Source: Paraspadella gotoi (taxonomy: Eukaryota > Animalia > Chaetognatha). From it: a stretch of 64,000 bases of DNA. Position numbers and translations under genes: made by a program. Below the pieces are notes generated by a model. The model did no database searches. It saw only the letters and a list, made by a program, of their open reading frames with translations, and was not told where the DNA came from. The stretch covers positions 29,141,290 through 29,205,289 of the forward strand of contig CM119264.1 in assembly GCA_051294375.1 (NCBI GenBank). The letters run 5' to 3'. Below, piece after piece: positions 23,924-34,926 of this stretch (the first letter of the stretch is position 1; every line of letters begins with the position of its first letter).

Positions 23924-24015
23924 CTCGGGCTGCAGTGAGGAGGATGGATCACAGTCAATGTGATGAGGACAACGTTGGAACATTTGTAATTCCCTGCGTC
24001 GGTGAATTGAATGTC
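23924..24015 (-). CDS. IgSF protein exon, V-type Ig F-G strands and linker (92 nt)
   Basis: Acceptor cattcctctttcacag|, donor GAG|gtgaga. Translates DIQFTDAGNYKCSNVVLITLTVIHPPHCSP(R) with a DxGxYxC motif. Phase 0 in and phase 2 out, matching both neighbours. Confidence 0.92.
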
Positions 24016-24271
24016 CTGTGAAAGAGGAATGAGAGAGATGTGATTGTGAAAGAAGGGATTAGTTTTTTTTGCTTTGTTATAATTGTTGTTGTTGTTGTTT
24101 CTGCTGATTATCTTGTCGTTATATTCTTATCGGAAAAAAAACGAGAACAGATTTTTTAATAAATAAAAACAAAAAAAAATTCTCAAAAGGAACTTAATTT
24201 GGATCGAATTTTTTTTTAAAGTCATCGACTCACAATTGTCGTCGTCGTCGTATTCGTCTTCGTCTTCGTCT

Positions 24272-24307
<36 letters not shown>

Positions 24308-25003
24308 TTGATTTCGTCGTTTTCGTCGTCATCATCATTTTCTTCGGCGGCACCAATCACTGCAAAGATCTTTTGAAATCGCCGCGGGCTTCACTCATCT
24401 CACCCCCCCTCGCCCTTCCCTCCTCACGTCTTCATTTCAAATTGGTGTGTGAGTTTGTGCAGTGAGTGAGTCGTGAGTGGAATGAGTGAGGGAGTGATTA
24501 AGTGAAAGAGGTGAGTGAGTTTGTTAAAGAGTAAGTGAGTGAGTGAGCGAGTGAGTGTGTGATTGCGTATTGGTGGATTGAGTGAGTGAGTGAGTGAGGA
24601 GTTAAATAACTTACTGTTTGATTAAATAATTGAATAAAATGATTGAGTTTGTTCGTGAGTAAGTGAGAGATTGGATACTGAGTGGGTTTAGTGAGTGAGG
24701 ATTTGATTGAGTGAATTGATTGAATGAAGGAATGAACTGAGTTAGTTAGTTGGTAAGTGAATTAGTAAGTGAGGGACTGTGTGTAGTTAGCGAATTGAGT
24801 AGAATCGTAAGGAGTAGATTTGGTGATTTGTGGTTGATAAAGTTAGCGAATCTAGTGAATGATTTAGTTAGTGATTCATCATTCATATTTTTTATTTTTA
24901 CCCTCGTTTATTTTCTTTTCCCTTCTTCCCTCTGAGTTCAAATGGACGCCAAGGCCTCTTACTGTTCCACTGTTCACGCAACGTTTACTTTGAGGACATC
25001 AGC

Positions 25004-25036
<33 letters not shown>

Positions 25037-25107
25037 TCAGTTCAATGGACGGCCAAGGCCTCTTACTGTTCCACTGTTCACTCAACGTTACTTTGACGAC
25101 ATCAAGC

Positions 25108-25153
<46 letters not shown>

Positions 25154-25167
25154 TCTCTCTCTCCTCT

Positions 25168-25200
<33 letters not shown>

Positions 25201-25283
25201 CTCTCTTTCTTCTTTTCCCCTTGAACACAATCGGAACGAAAGCTTCCAAAGATGAAGCTTCTTTCTTAGAAATGCTCTCTCTC

Positions 25284-25356
<73 letters not shown>

Positions 25357-25689
25357 TTCTCCCACTTCATCAAATAAATGATTAGGACTGCGGTCTCGCT
25401 TAAAGACGTCAGCGGAGAAACCAGATTGCTGGAAGGAAGAAGAAGAAGAAAAAATGTAAGAGAAAAGGAAAAGAATGAAAAAAAAAGAAAAGAAAGAAAA
25501 AAAAAGAAAAAGAAAGAAAAGAAAAGAAAAAAAAAAAAAAGAAAAGAAAAGGAAAAGAAAAGAAAAGAAAAGAAAGAAAAGAAAGAAAAGAAAAGAAAAG
25601 AAAAGAAAAGAAAAGGAAAAGAAAAGAAAAGAAAAAAGGAAAAACAAAAGAAAAAAGAAAAGAAACAGAAAAAAAGTAAACAAAATAAC

Positions 25690-26026
25690 ATTCAAATGTG
25701 TTGCGCCGCAGTAACTGCCTTATCACGTGTTTTAGTGACATACATTAACCAATGCATTATATGGAATGAATACATGACGTGAATATAATGACTACAATAA
25801 ACGTGTGTGTGTGTACGATGATTATTACGACCACTGCATTCGGAATTCCGGTCTTTTTAGTTTAGATTTCCTGAGGCGCGGCGCTGAGTCCACTTAAATT
25901 TGAGTCATTTTCCCTCTTAACAATGAGCAACCAACTATCATACAAGTTTTAGCATTTTTAACGTTAAGTTGGTCAGTCACGACACCGAACCGACGACCGA
26001 CCGCAAAGTGACTTATAAAGTTGCTC
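25690..26026 (-). mobile_element. Second copy of the DINE-1/HINE-like family, hairpin end truncated
   Basis: Shares attcaaatgtgttgcg, gactacaataa, tttagtttaga.tttcctga.ggcg, gagcaaccaactat, (gacc)n and aaagtgacttat..agttgctc with 46765-47161, in the same order. Confidence 0.7.
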
Positions 26027-26189
26027 AAAAAGAAGAGACGAAAGAATAGGGTGTCGTCGTCGTCGTCGTCCGTTCGTTGTTGTTGTTGCTTGTTGTTGTT
26101 TCTAGTCCAGCGTTATGAAAGCTGAAGATTCCCCTCGGCGCAGAAATCGTGCGTCTTTNNNNNNNNNNNNNNNNNNNNNNNNNCTCTTT

Positions 26190-26875
26190 TTTTCTTTTTC
26201 TTCTTCGTCGTCCTCGTCGTCGTCCTCGTCGTCGTCGGCGCCGACATCAAAATTATCGTCGTCGCCCTCGTCATTTTCTCATAGTCACCATCACCGTCTA
26301 TGTCATCGTCTATGTCATCGTCTTCATATCAACATCCGTTGTTTTCTTCATCATCTTCTCATAATCGTTATTGTCATTGTCATCGTCCTCGTCGTCATCA
26401 TCGTCGTCTTAGTCATCGTCGTCGTCATCATGATTTTTATAGAGTCATCGTTATCATCGTTACACTAATCCTCGTTGTCGTCATTGTCATCTTTGTTGTC
26501 TCGTCATCATCATCATCATTGTCGGGAAGAAACTTTCGTGAAGATTCATCATCGTTTTATTTGTTAATGAATTAATATTCAAATGAATAAAAGTCCGATG
26601 ATGAATCTTCACGAAAGTTTCTTCCCGACATCATCATCGTCATAGTCAACTTTATCGTCGTCACCCTCGTCATTGTCATCTTCGTCATCATCGTCATTGT
26701 CGTCGTCATCGTTGTCTTCATCATCATCGTCGTCTTCATCATCATCGTCAAAGTCATCGTCATTGTAGTCATCGTCGTCGTCATCGTTGTCTTCATCATC
26801 ATCGTCGTCGTCTTCATCGTCATCGTCGTTGTCATCGTCATAGTCATCGTTATCGTCGTCGTCGTCTTCGTCTTT
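26190..26875. repeat. Degenerate (GTC/ATC)n trinucleotide tract
   Basis: Directly visible. Similar tracts at 8490-8690, 14990-15140, 24238-24335, 39900-40000, 40790-40862 and 63440-63670. Confidence 0.9.
26520..26630. repeat. Perfect 35-bp-arm inverted repeat inside an (ATC/GTC)n microsatellite
   Basis: tgtcgggaagaaactttcgtgaagattcatcatcg (26520-26554) is the exact reverse complement of 26596-26630, with a 41-nt AT-rich spacer. Confidence 0.9.
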
Positions 26876-27328
26876 CAGTCTCTGATTTAGTCGATTTCGC
26901 TGGCGTAAAAGTCGTTTTCGCCCTTTAGTTGTNNNNNNNNNNGTTGTTGTTGCTTAATTTGCTGTTATTCTTGTTGTCGTTTCAATGGTTTTATTGTTTT
27001 TGCTGTTGTTTTTTTAAATGATATATTTGTTTTTTTTTCCTTTCGTTTCGTTTGAAAAAAACATTTCTTCTTTATTTCCCTTTTTTTTAATTTCTTGTTC
27101 TTATTTATAAAATTGGTCAACCAATATACAACGTGTTTATATAATACGTTTTTTTTATCGTTTTTTGTTACTAAAAATTTTTTTTCCTTTAAAACAGAAA
27201 AGAAAAACGAAAAAAATAAAAATAAATCACGAACGATGATGGAAAGAAAATCTCCGCCGATAAATTTATTAATTTTATAAACGAAAAAAAATCGGGTTTT
27301 TTTCTTTTTCCTGTTTTATCATAACAAT

Positions 27329-27388
<60 letters not shown>

Positions 27389-29503
27389 AAATAAGTCACG
27401 TGACAACTCAGGTCAAGTGGCAACTTTGGCGCGAAAAGGTCAAAGTTCAACCGAGCGACCGACCGACCGACGCGACGAGGAATTTCTACATCGAATTTCG
27501 CAAGAAAAAAAAAATAAGAAAAAGCTAATTCGTCTCTTGTCACTTTTACTGTAGCGAATGGAAATATTAATTTTCGTAGCTAAATGTAATTGTTTTATAT
27601 TTTTATGTTAGAGGGTGATTGTTGTGCTCACAGGGCTGAAAGGGAAAACAATAATATAAATAGACATGAATCAAATACACAAAGTTTAATAATAATATGC
27701 ATCGGTAAGTTTAGAGTCTTTGGGATTGTCCATGATATTGTCTCCATCATTTACATATAAATTCTACTCGTACAATAAACAACAAGAAACATACCAATTA
27801 TATCCCAAAACCGAGTACATTATTCTTTAAGCAATCAATCAATCAATCCATCCATCAATTATTAAATCAACAAATCAATTAATCAATTAATCAATCAATC
27901 AATCTGTATCGATCCACCCTCGTCCGTCTCAAACCCTAAGCCTGTTCCTTCCAACTCTTCCTCCACCTCACTCACTCTGTCTCTCCCCCCTTACCCACTC
28001 CCTTACCCCACGCTCACCCCCCACACGCCGCCTCCCCCCTGCCACGCTCTCGACGCCATTTAATTCTCCAATTTCCGTTGGTGACAATTCGGATTAAGGT
28101 TGAGGTTTAGGCAGATGCGAGGCTGACCCTCTTGGAAAAAGAATTGGACTGCTGGACTCATTTGGATGTGGGAGAAGGAAGAGAGAGAGAGAGAGAAGAG
28201 AGAGAAGAGATAGAGATGACGAGAGAGGAGAGAGAGAGAGAGAGAGAGAGTGATAGATAGATAGAGAGAGAGAGCAGAGAGAGGAGAGAGAGAAAGAGAG
28301 AGAGAAGAGAGAGAGAGGAGAGAACAGAGACACACAAAAGAAGACTCTTTCTTCCAATCCTGCTCTGCTACTTTTCACAGACCGCCCTCTGCCCTCATTG
28401 ACTATGAGTAATTTATCTTAATTATTACTGCCTTGCTCTGCATGATTATATTAGTATGTCTTGTTTGTCCTCCTATTTGTCGTCCCGTCTTTTGCCTCTT
28501 CTTTTCTTAGTGTTCCTCCCTATATGTTTCTTCAGTCCCTTTTGCTTCTATTTCTTTTCATGGCTCTTTTCTTTATGTTTTCTCCTCCATTTTCTTCTTC
28601 CTTTTCTTTTTACCTAAAATTTTTTTCTTTCTCATTTCTCTTCTCATCTCTTCTTTCCTTTCTTCTCTTTTTTAGTTTCTTTTCTCACTCCATTTCTTCT
28701 TTTGCTCCTTTTTTTCGTTTCTCCTATCTTTTTTCCTTTTCTATTTTCTTTCGTGTTCTTTCCTCTTTATCTTTTCTTTTTAACCCCTATTATTTTCCTT
28801 CATTCTCTTTTTTCATTTCTCTTCTCTTTTTTCGTTTCTCATTCTCTTCTTTCTGCCTTGCAGTGTTCTGTCTTCTCTTTTTCCTCTGTCTTAGTTTCTA
28901 CTATCTTTCTTCATTTCTCATCTCATTTTTTCCTCTTATCCTGTTTCCTTCTCTTCTCTTTTCTTCTTTTCTCAATCTATTTTTGTCTTTTCTTTTTTCC
29001 TTTTTAGTTGACCTCTGAATGCGGATCTTCCTCTTTTGCTTGATAATAGCGATTTTCATACCTTTGGCTAGAAAAAAAAGCGTTTTCTACATACGAAAAG
29101 GAATTTAGCAATTTTATAGTAGTTGCTCCGACTTAATTAAGAAAATTACTAACTTTTTAAAAATCAACATAATCGCGGAGAGTATAGCAGAAACTTATCC
29201 ATTGTTTCACTTAAAGAGACTTAATCTATTTTTTTGCCAATACGTTAATTAATAGAGAAACGTATTAAAATTCGATTTAATGAAGATGACTAAGTTTTTA
29301 TTTGACTTTCGCCTAGAATTTTATAATTTTTTTGAGCTTGTTTTTTCCATGAAAATGAAATCATGGTTGAGATAACTGCGTCTAATCACAGACATGAAAC
29401 ATCTGATAGATATGCAAAATAAACTCACCAGAGTATATAAACCAACTAACGCTGAGATTACTTTTCAAATAATATTTCCTAGTTCAACTCGAGATTCTCT
29501 CAC

Positions 29504-29573
29504 CTTGATGGTCATATAATAAGTGGATACTCCTCTTTCATGAAGAATATTGAGAGGCGACTGGTTCCGACTT
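29504..29573 (-). CDS. IgSF protein exon, V-type Ig domain D-E strands; 5' part hidden in the N gap 29574-29927
   Basis: Reads ..SRNQSPLNILHERGVSTYYMTIK then donor AAG|gtgaga (phase 0). Joins the next exon to give YYMTIKDIQFTDAGNYKC, the canonical V/I-set E-F strand signature. Confidence 0.85.
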
Positions 29574-29940
29574 NNNNNNNNNNNNNNNNNNNNNNNNNNN
29601 NNNNNNNNNNNNNNNNNNNNNNNNNNNNNNNNNNNNNNNNNNNNNNNNNNNNNNNNNNNNNNNNNNNNNNNNNNNNNNNNNNNNNNNNNNNNNNNNNNNN
29701 NNNNNNNNNNNNNNNNNNNNNNNNNNNNNNNNNNNNNNNNNNNNNNNNNNNNNNNNNNNNNNNNNNNNNNNNNNNNNNNNNNNNNNNNNNNNNNNNNNNN
29801 NNNNNNNNNNNNNNNNNNNNNNNNNNNNNNNNNNNNNNNNNNNNNNNNNNNNNNNNNNNNNNNNNNNNNNNNNNNNNNNNNNNNNNNNNNNNNNNNNNNN
29901 NNNNNNNNNNNNNNNNNNNNNNNNNNNGATCTTTGTTTGT

Positions 29941-30053
29941 GGTTAGGGTTAGGGATTTTGGTTAGGGACTGCTATATAGAGTTATAGGTTAGGGCTGGGT
30001 ATTAGGGTTAGGGTTAGGGTTAGGGTTAGACTGCAGGATTAAGTTAGGGTTAG
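29941..30053 (+). repeat. Interstitial degenerate (TTAGGG)n tract
   Basis: ttagggttagggttagggttagggttag plus flanking variants. More degenerate tracts occur at ~70-100, 23565-23695, 36225-36340, 43035-43095 and 48700-48845. Confidence 0.8.
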
Positions 30054-30409
30054 GAATTGGTTTTTAAGTTTGAGAACTTAAAATTAGAGATAAACGCATA
30101 GAAATGGGACTCTCTTGGAAAAGAGAGCTCCCTTGTTGTTCATTAAGGAAACGACAAAAAAAAAAAAGTCTAATCTTTAGGTAAGAAAAGAAAAAAATCT
30201 CCACACTCATGCTTTGCTATGATAAAATACAATCGATTCATGGTCCTCTAATATTAATTACTATCTTCTTTCCGTATAAGGGTGAGCGATAAACTGAAAT
30301 TTTTTTTCTTCTTTGCTTCAAACCCAGTTTTGCAAAAAATTGCTCAGCGGAAAATCGGGCGCGAGATTGATTAATTTTTCCCATTAATCCTTGGAAAGTC
30401 GGTAAAACG

Positions 30410-30725
30410 ATGACGCCATCTGGTCAAAAAATTGCGATGCCATCAGTTGCCATCTGGTTAAATATGGCGATGCCATCGGTTGCCGGCTGGTCAAAAAATG
30501 GCTATGCTATCGGTTGCCATCTGGTTAAATATGGCGGTGCCATCGGTTGCCATCTTGTTAAATATGGCGAAGCAATCGGTTGCCATCTGGTCAAAAATGG
30601 CGATGCCATCGGTTTCCATCTGATTAATTATGGTGATGTCATCGGTTGCCATTTGGTTAAATATGGCGATGCCATCGGTTGCCATCTGGTCAAAAAATGG
30701 CGATGCCATCGGTTGCCATCGGGTC
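30410..30725 (+). repeat. 33-bp minisatellite, ~9-10 copies, inside the Ig gene
   Basis: Unit aaatatggcgatgccatcggttgccatctggtt. Explains the periodic ORFs at 30410-30859 and 30491-30814. Confidence 0.92.
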
Positions 30726-30948
30726 ATCCTGTCATCCTTTATCGTCGTCATCATTGTCATCGTTTTCATCGCCATCATATTCATCGTTGTCATTGTCATC
30801 GTCGACGTCGTCAACCATATTCAATCTCATACTATCCGTCTTTTTCTTCATTAGTTTAAATTTCCTCTCATCATTAATTTTTCTCCTCGTCCTTCTCAAC
30901 GAGAAATTGACGCTCTTCCCGGTTGTCATGGAAACCGANNNNNNNNNN

Positions 30949-31082
30949 GGGACGGCGATTTCGAATCGACGGATGGCGCTGGGGGTCGTCACGGCCCACG
31001 AGAGAACGATGAGCGCCGGGAGGAGGAGACGCCAGGTGGCGCTGCCGGAAACGAGTCGCGCCGAGAGCGCCGGAAGCGTCAT
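30949..31082 (-). CDS. IgSF cell-surface protein, probable first coding exon (signal peptide); 3' end runs into a 10-N gap at 30939-30948
   Basis: ATG in AACGCCATGA context. Translates MTLPALSARLVSGSATWRLLLPALIVLSWAVTTPSAIRRFEIAVP, with a hydrophobic h-region (LLLPALIVLSWAV) and a small-residue cleavage region. Lies 1.4 kb upstream of the first visible Ig exon on the same strand. The donor site is not visible. Confidence 0.7.
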
Positions 31083-32068
31083 GGCGTTGGAAAAACGGGG
31101 GGCGTTAAAGGAAAACGAGGTTGTTGTTGTTGTTGATGTTTTGGTTGACGGAAATTAGCGATAAACGAAGTCGTGGACGCAGTTGGGTTATTTTTCTGTT
31201 GATTTTTTTGTTTTGGTTTTCAATCTTTGTTGTTTTTTCCGGAAATTAAAACGAAGCGCGAGAGAGAGACGAGGGAAAGGAACATCTAAGGAAACGAAGG
31301 GAGAAAACAGTAAAACGATGTGATTAAAGGGATGGACAAAACAGAATGAGGAAGAGAACAAGACGAGAAAACAAAGGATAGGGGGAAGACAGAACCAGAA
31401 AACAAAGGAGAGAAAGAAAAATGGAGGAGAAAAATAACTGGTTGAAAATGAGAGGAATAGAAGCGAAACTAAGGGGACAGAGAGAGGAAAGTGGGAGGGA
31501 GAGAGAGTCGGGGATGAAGAACGAGGCAGGGAAATTCGTCAACTCTTATGGGTTCGAGTCTGCGTCTATTTTTAGCCACGGGTCACCGCCACCGTCTCTC
31601 TCTCTTTCCTCGGGAGATTATCGCCATTTTCCTTTTCATCCTTTTTTTTTGTTCCTTTATTTTCCTTTCTTTTTCTTTAATTCGTTTTTTTTTGCGATTT
31701 TCCTTTTTGTGCGATTTTCCTTTTTTATTTATTTTCCTTTTTTTTTTTTTGCGATGTTCTTTTTTTTTTCAAATCCACGCGATTTTATCTTCAGTCTTCA
31801 GAGGGAGATTGTTTCGCGTTTTTATCTCGAGTCTGGAAATAGAATAAAAATAAAACTGGGTGAGATTCTGAGTTTTTGTGCGAGAAAGAGAGAGAGAGAG
31901 AGANNNNNNNNNNNNNNNNNNNNNNNNNNNNNNNNNNNNNNNNNNNNNNNNNNNNNNNNNNNNNNNNNNNNNNNNNNNNNNNNNNNNNNNNNNNNNNNNN
32001 NNNNNNNNNNNNNNNNNNNNNNNNNNNNNNNNNNNNNNNNNNNNNNNNNNNNNNNNNNNNNNNNNNNN

Positions 32069-32104
<36 letters not shown>

Positions 32105-33209
32105 CGCTATACATATGAACTTTCAGACTTTATTAATGATAGAGATTAAAGTAAAAGTGCATGAGCTAAAGAATATTTTTTTATCAATACAACTTCGGGA
32201 GTGTCTGTAACTAAACTTATGCATAGAAATACATAATGCTATATATCGAGCGCGATAAATCTAGGTTTTTGCGGATTAATATGCATTAATATGCATTAAT
32301 ATACATCTTTTCACATTGTATTCGATCTTTCTCTTTTGTTGTTTTTTTTTAATTCTTTAAATCTTCTCACATTAAAATTTTCTCACACTCCATGCAAAAT
32401 AATTTTCATTAAACTGACAATATCACATTACGATTTCTCCTTAATATATATATTTATATATATATACTTTTCCTTCGTTATAAAAATCACGCGAACTTTT
32501 TTTGTTAAAAAAGAAGAAAAGAGAGACGAAAGAAAAAGAGGAAAGAGGGAAAAAGATAGAGAGAGAGCAAGAGAGATAGAGAGTGAGACGANNNNNNNNN
32601 NNNNNNNNNNNNNNNNNNNNNNNNNNNNNNNNNNNNNNNNNNNNNNNNNNNNNNNNNNNNNNNNNNNNNNNNNNNNNNNNNNNNNNNNNNNNNNNNNNNN
32701 NNNNNNNNNNNNNNNNNNNNNNNNNNNNNNNNNNNNNNNNNNNNNNNNNNNNNNNNNNNNNNNNNNNNNNNNNNNNNNNNNNNNNNNNNNNNNNNNNNNN
32801 NNNNNNNNNNNNNNNNNNNNNNNNNNNNNNNNNNNNNNNNNNNNNNNNNNNNNNNNNNNNNNNNNNNNNNNNNNNNNNNNNNNNNNNNNNNNNNNNGCAA
32901 GAGAGATAGAGAGTGAGACGATTTAAAGTCAAGGAGTCAAGAAAGAGAAAGAGAGAGAGAGTGAGACGATTTAAAGAGACGGAGATCGCAGCGACGCTCA
33001 GCGGCTGGAAAACCAAAACCAAAACAAATCGAATAAAGATTTTTTTTCCTCTTTTCTTTTTGGATGATTTTGAAAGAGAGCGACTTTCGTCTTTTGTCTC
33101 TTTAGTCTCTCTTCCCATTTTAAGTTTGATCCTGGTCTGAAAAGGTTTCCCTGGCTTAAAGTAGTTTAATCCGGGTCACACTTTGTCTTGCGTCTTCGAA
33201 AAATAGAGG

Positions 33210-33265
<56 letters not shown>

Positions 33266-33878
33266 CCACAAAATTTAAATGTTAAGTTGACAGTCAACAC
33301 AGATTTCAGCCTAAAAGGCTAGAGAGAGAAAAGCTCTTTTAAGTTTTTATTGTTTCTCTGAGGTTTATTTTGTTTGTTTTGTATTTTAAAAAAATAAAAC
33401 TTTCGTGACATGATGACAACTGTATTGTATCCATAAAAATCTAAAAATAGCTTCAGCTTAAAAATTAAAAACTCAAATCCATGGAAAAGACGTGAAGTCA
33501 ATTCGATCTTCGCCAGGAGAGAGAGAGAGAGACGAACCTGATTTCTCAGAAATCCGAATCGCGATCACTCAACGACGACGTTTCACGGTTTAATCGTCGC
33601 TTTGGCCTTCGCTTCTCGTTTGCCCCCCCNNNNNNNNNNNNNNNNNNNNNNNNNNNNNNNNNNNNNNNNNNNNNNNNNNNNNNNNNNNNNNNNNNNNNNN
33701 NNNNNNNNNNNNNNNNNNNNNNNNNNNNNNNNNNNNNNNNNNNNNNNNNNNNNNNNNNNNNNNNNNNNNNNNNNNNNNNNNNNNNNNNNNNNNNNNNNNN
33801 NNNNNNNNNNNNNNNNNNNNNNNNNNNNNNNNNNNNNNNNNNNNNNNNNNNNNNNNNNNNNNNNNNNNNNNNNNNNNN

Positions 33879-33969
33879 CCTTCCCCAAAATGCCATCTCT
33901 CAATCACATTCACAGCCACTCCATCCCCCAAATGCCATCTCTCAATCACATTCACAGCCAACCCTTCCC
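33879..33969 (+). repeat. 42-bp minisatellite, two visible copies between large N gaps (collapsed array)
   Basis: aaatgccatctctcaatcacattcacagcca repeated at 42-bp spacing, with gaps on both sides. Confidence 0.85.
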
Positions 33970-34632
33970 NNNNNNNNNNNNNNNNNNNNNNNNNNNNNNN
34001 NNNNNNNNNNNNNNNNNNNNNNNNNNNNNNNNNNNNNNNNNNNNNNNNNNNNNNNNNNNNNNNNNNNNNNNNNNNNNNNNNNNNNNNNNNNNNNNNNNNN
34101 NNNNNNNNNNNNNNNNNNNNNNNNNNNNNNNNNNNNNNNNNNNNNNNNNNNNNNNNNNNNNNNNNNNNNNNNNNNNNNNNNNNNNNNNNNNNNNNNNNNN
34201 NNNNNNNNNNNNNNNNNNNNNNNNNNNNNNNNNNNNNNNNNNNNNNNNNNNNNNNNNNNNNNNNNNNNNNNNNNNNNNNNNNNNNNNNNNNNNNNNNNNN
34301 NNNNNNNNNNNNNNNNNNNNNNNNNNNNNNNNNNNNNNNNNNNNNNNNNNNNNNNNNNNNNNNNNNNNNNNNNNNNNNNNNNNNNNNNNNNNNNNNNNNN
34401 NNNNNNNNNNNNNNNNNNNNNNNNNNNNNNNNNNNNNNNNNNNNNNNNNNNNNNNNNNNNNNNNNNNNNNNNNNNNNNNNNNNNNNNNNNNNNNNNNNNN
34501 NNNNNNNNNNNNNNNNNNNNNNNNNNNNNNNNNNNNNNNNNNNNNNNNNNNNNNNNNNNNNNNNNNNNAAGAAAGATGAAAAAAACAAAGTGAAGCGGGA
34601 AGAAAAAAGGATTTCGGGCGAGAATGAGGGAT

Positions 34633-34669
<37 letters not shown>

Positions 34670-34678
34670 AGAAGAGAG

Positions 34679-34727
<49 letters not shown>

Positions 34728-34841
34728 CGAGAGAGCGTTTCTCAAGTCTCGAGGAAAATATGAGTTGTAGACGCGCGAGGAAGATGAGGCGAGAGAAAAA
34801 CAACCGGAGTGAGGACGTGCGGCGCCCTCTTCCGCGCCGCG

Positions 34842-34926
34842 GTTTGCCATAGCAACGGTCGATCCGGCCGTCCCTGGCAACCGCGGTCGTCGTTGCCGTG
34901 GAACACGTCCAAGCGTTCCTGGCAAA
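34842..34926. promoter_or_regulatory. Cluster of RFX X-box-like motifs in a GC-rich island ~3.8 kb upstream of the Ig gene ATG
   Basis: gtttgccatagcaac (34842), gtccctggcaac (34870), gttgccgtggaac (34892), gttcctggcaaa (34915). Confidence 0.45.

Larger units (their letters stand above)
10123..31082 (-). other. Partial gene model: multi-Ig-domain cell-adhesion-like protein (Kirre/nephrin/nectin/CADM-like architecture), 3' exons not identified
   Basis: Five collinear minus-strand exons with three fully visible GT-AG introns of compatible phase (5488, 9309 and 4158 nt as assembled). Orthology cannot be assigned without a search. Confidence 0.85.

Noticed and set aside
25363-25428. AG/GT-flanked segment as a V-domain exon
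   Set aside because: The in-phase translation (QSGFSADVFKRDRSPNHLFDE) is not Ig-like, and exon 29504-29573 gives the correct E strand.
30410-30725. CRISPR-like array or repeat protein
   Set aside because: Head-to-tail 33-bp units with no unique spacers, in a eukaryotic intron.
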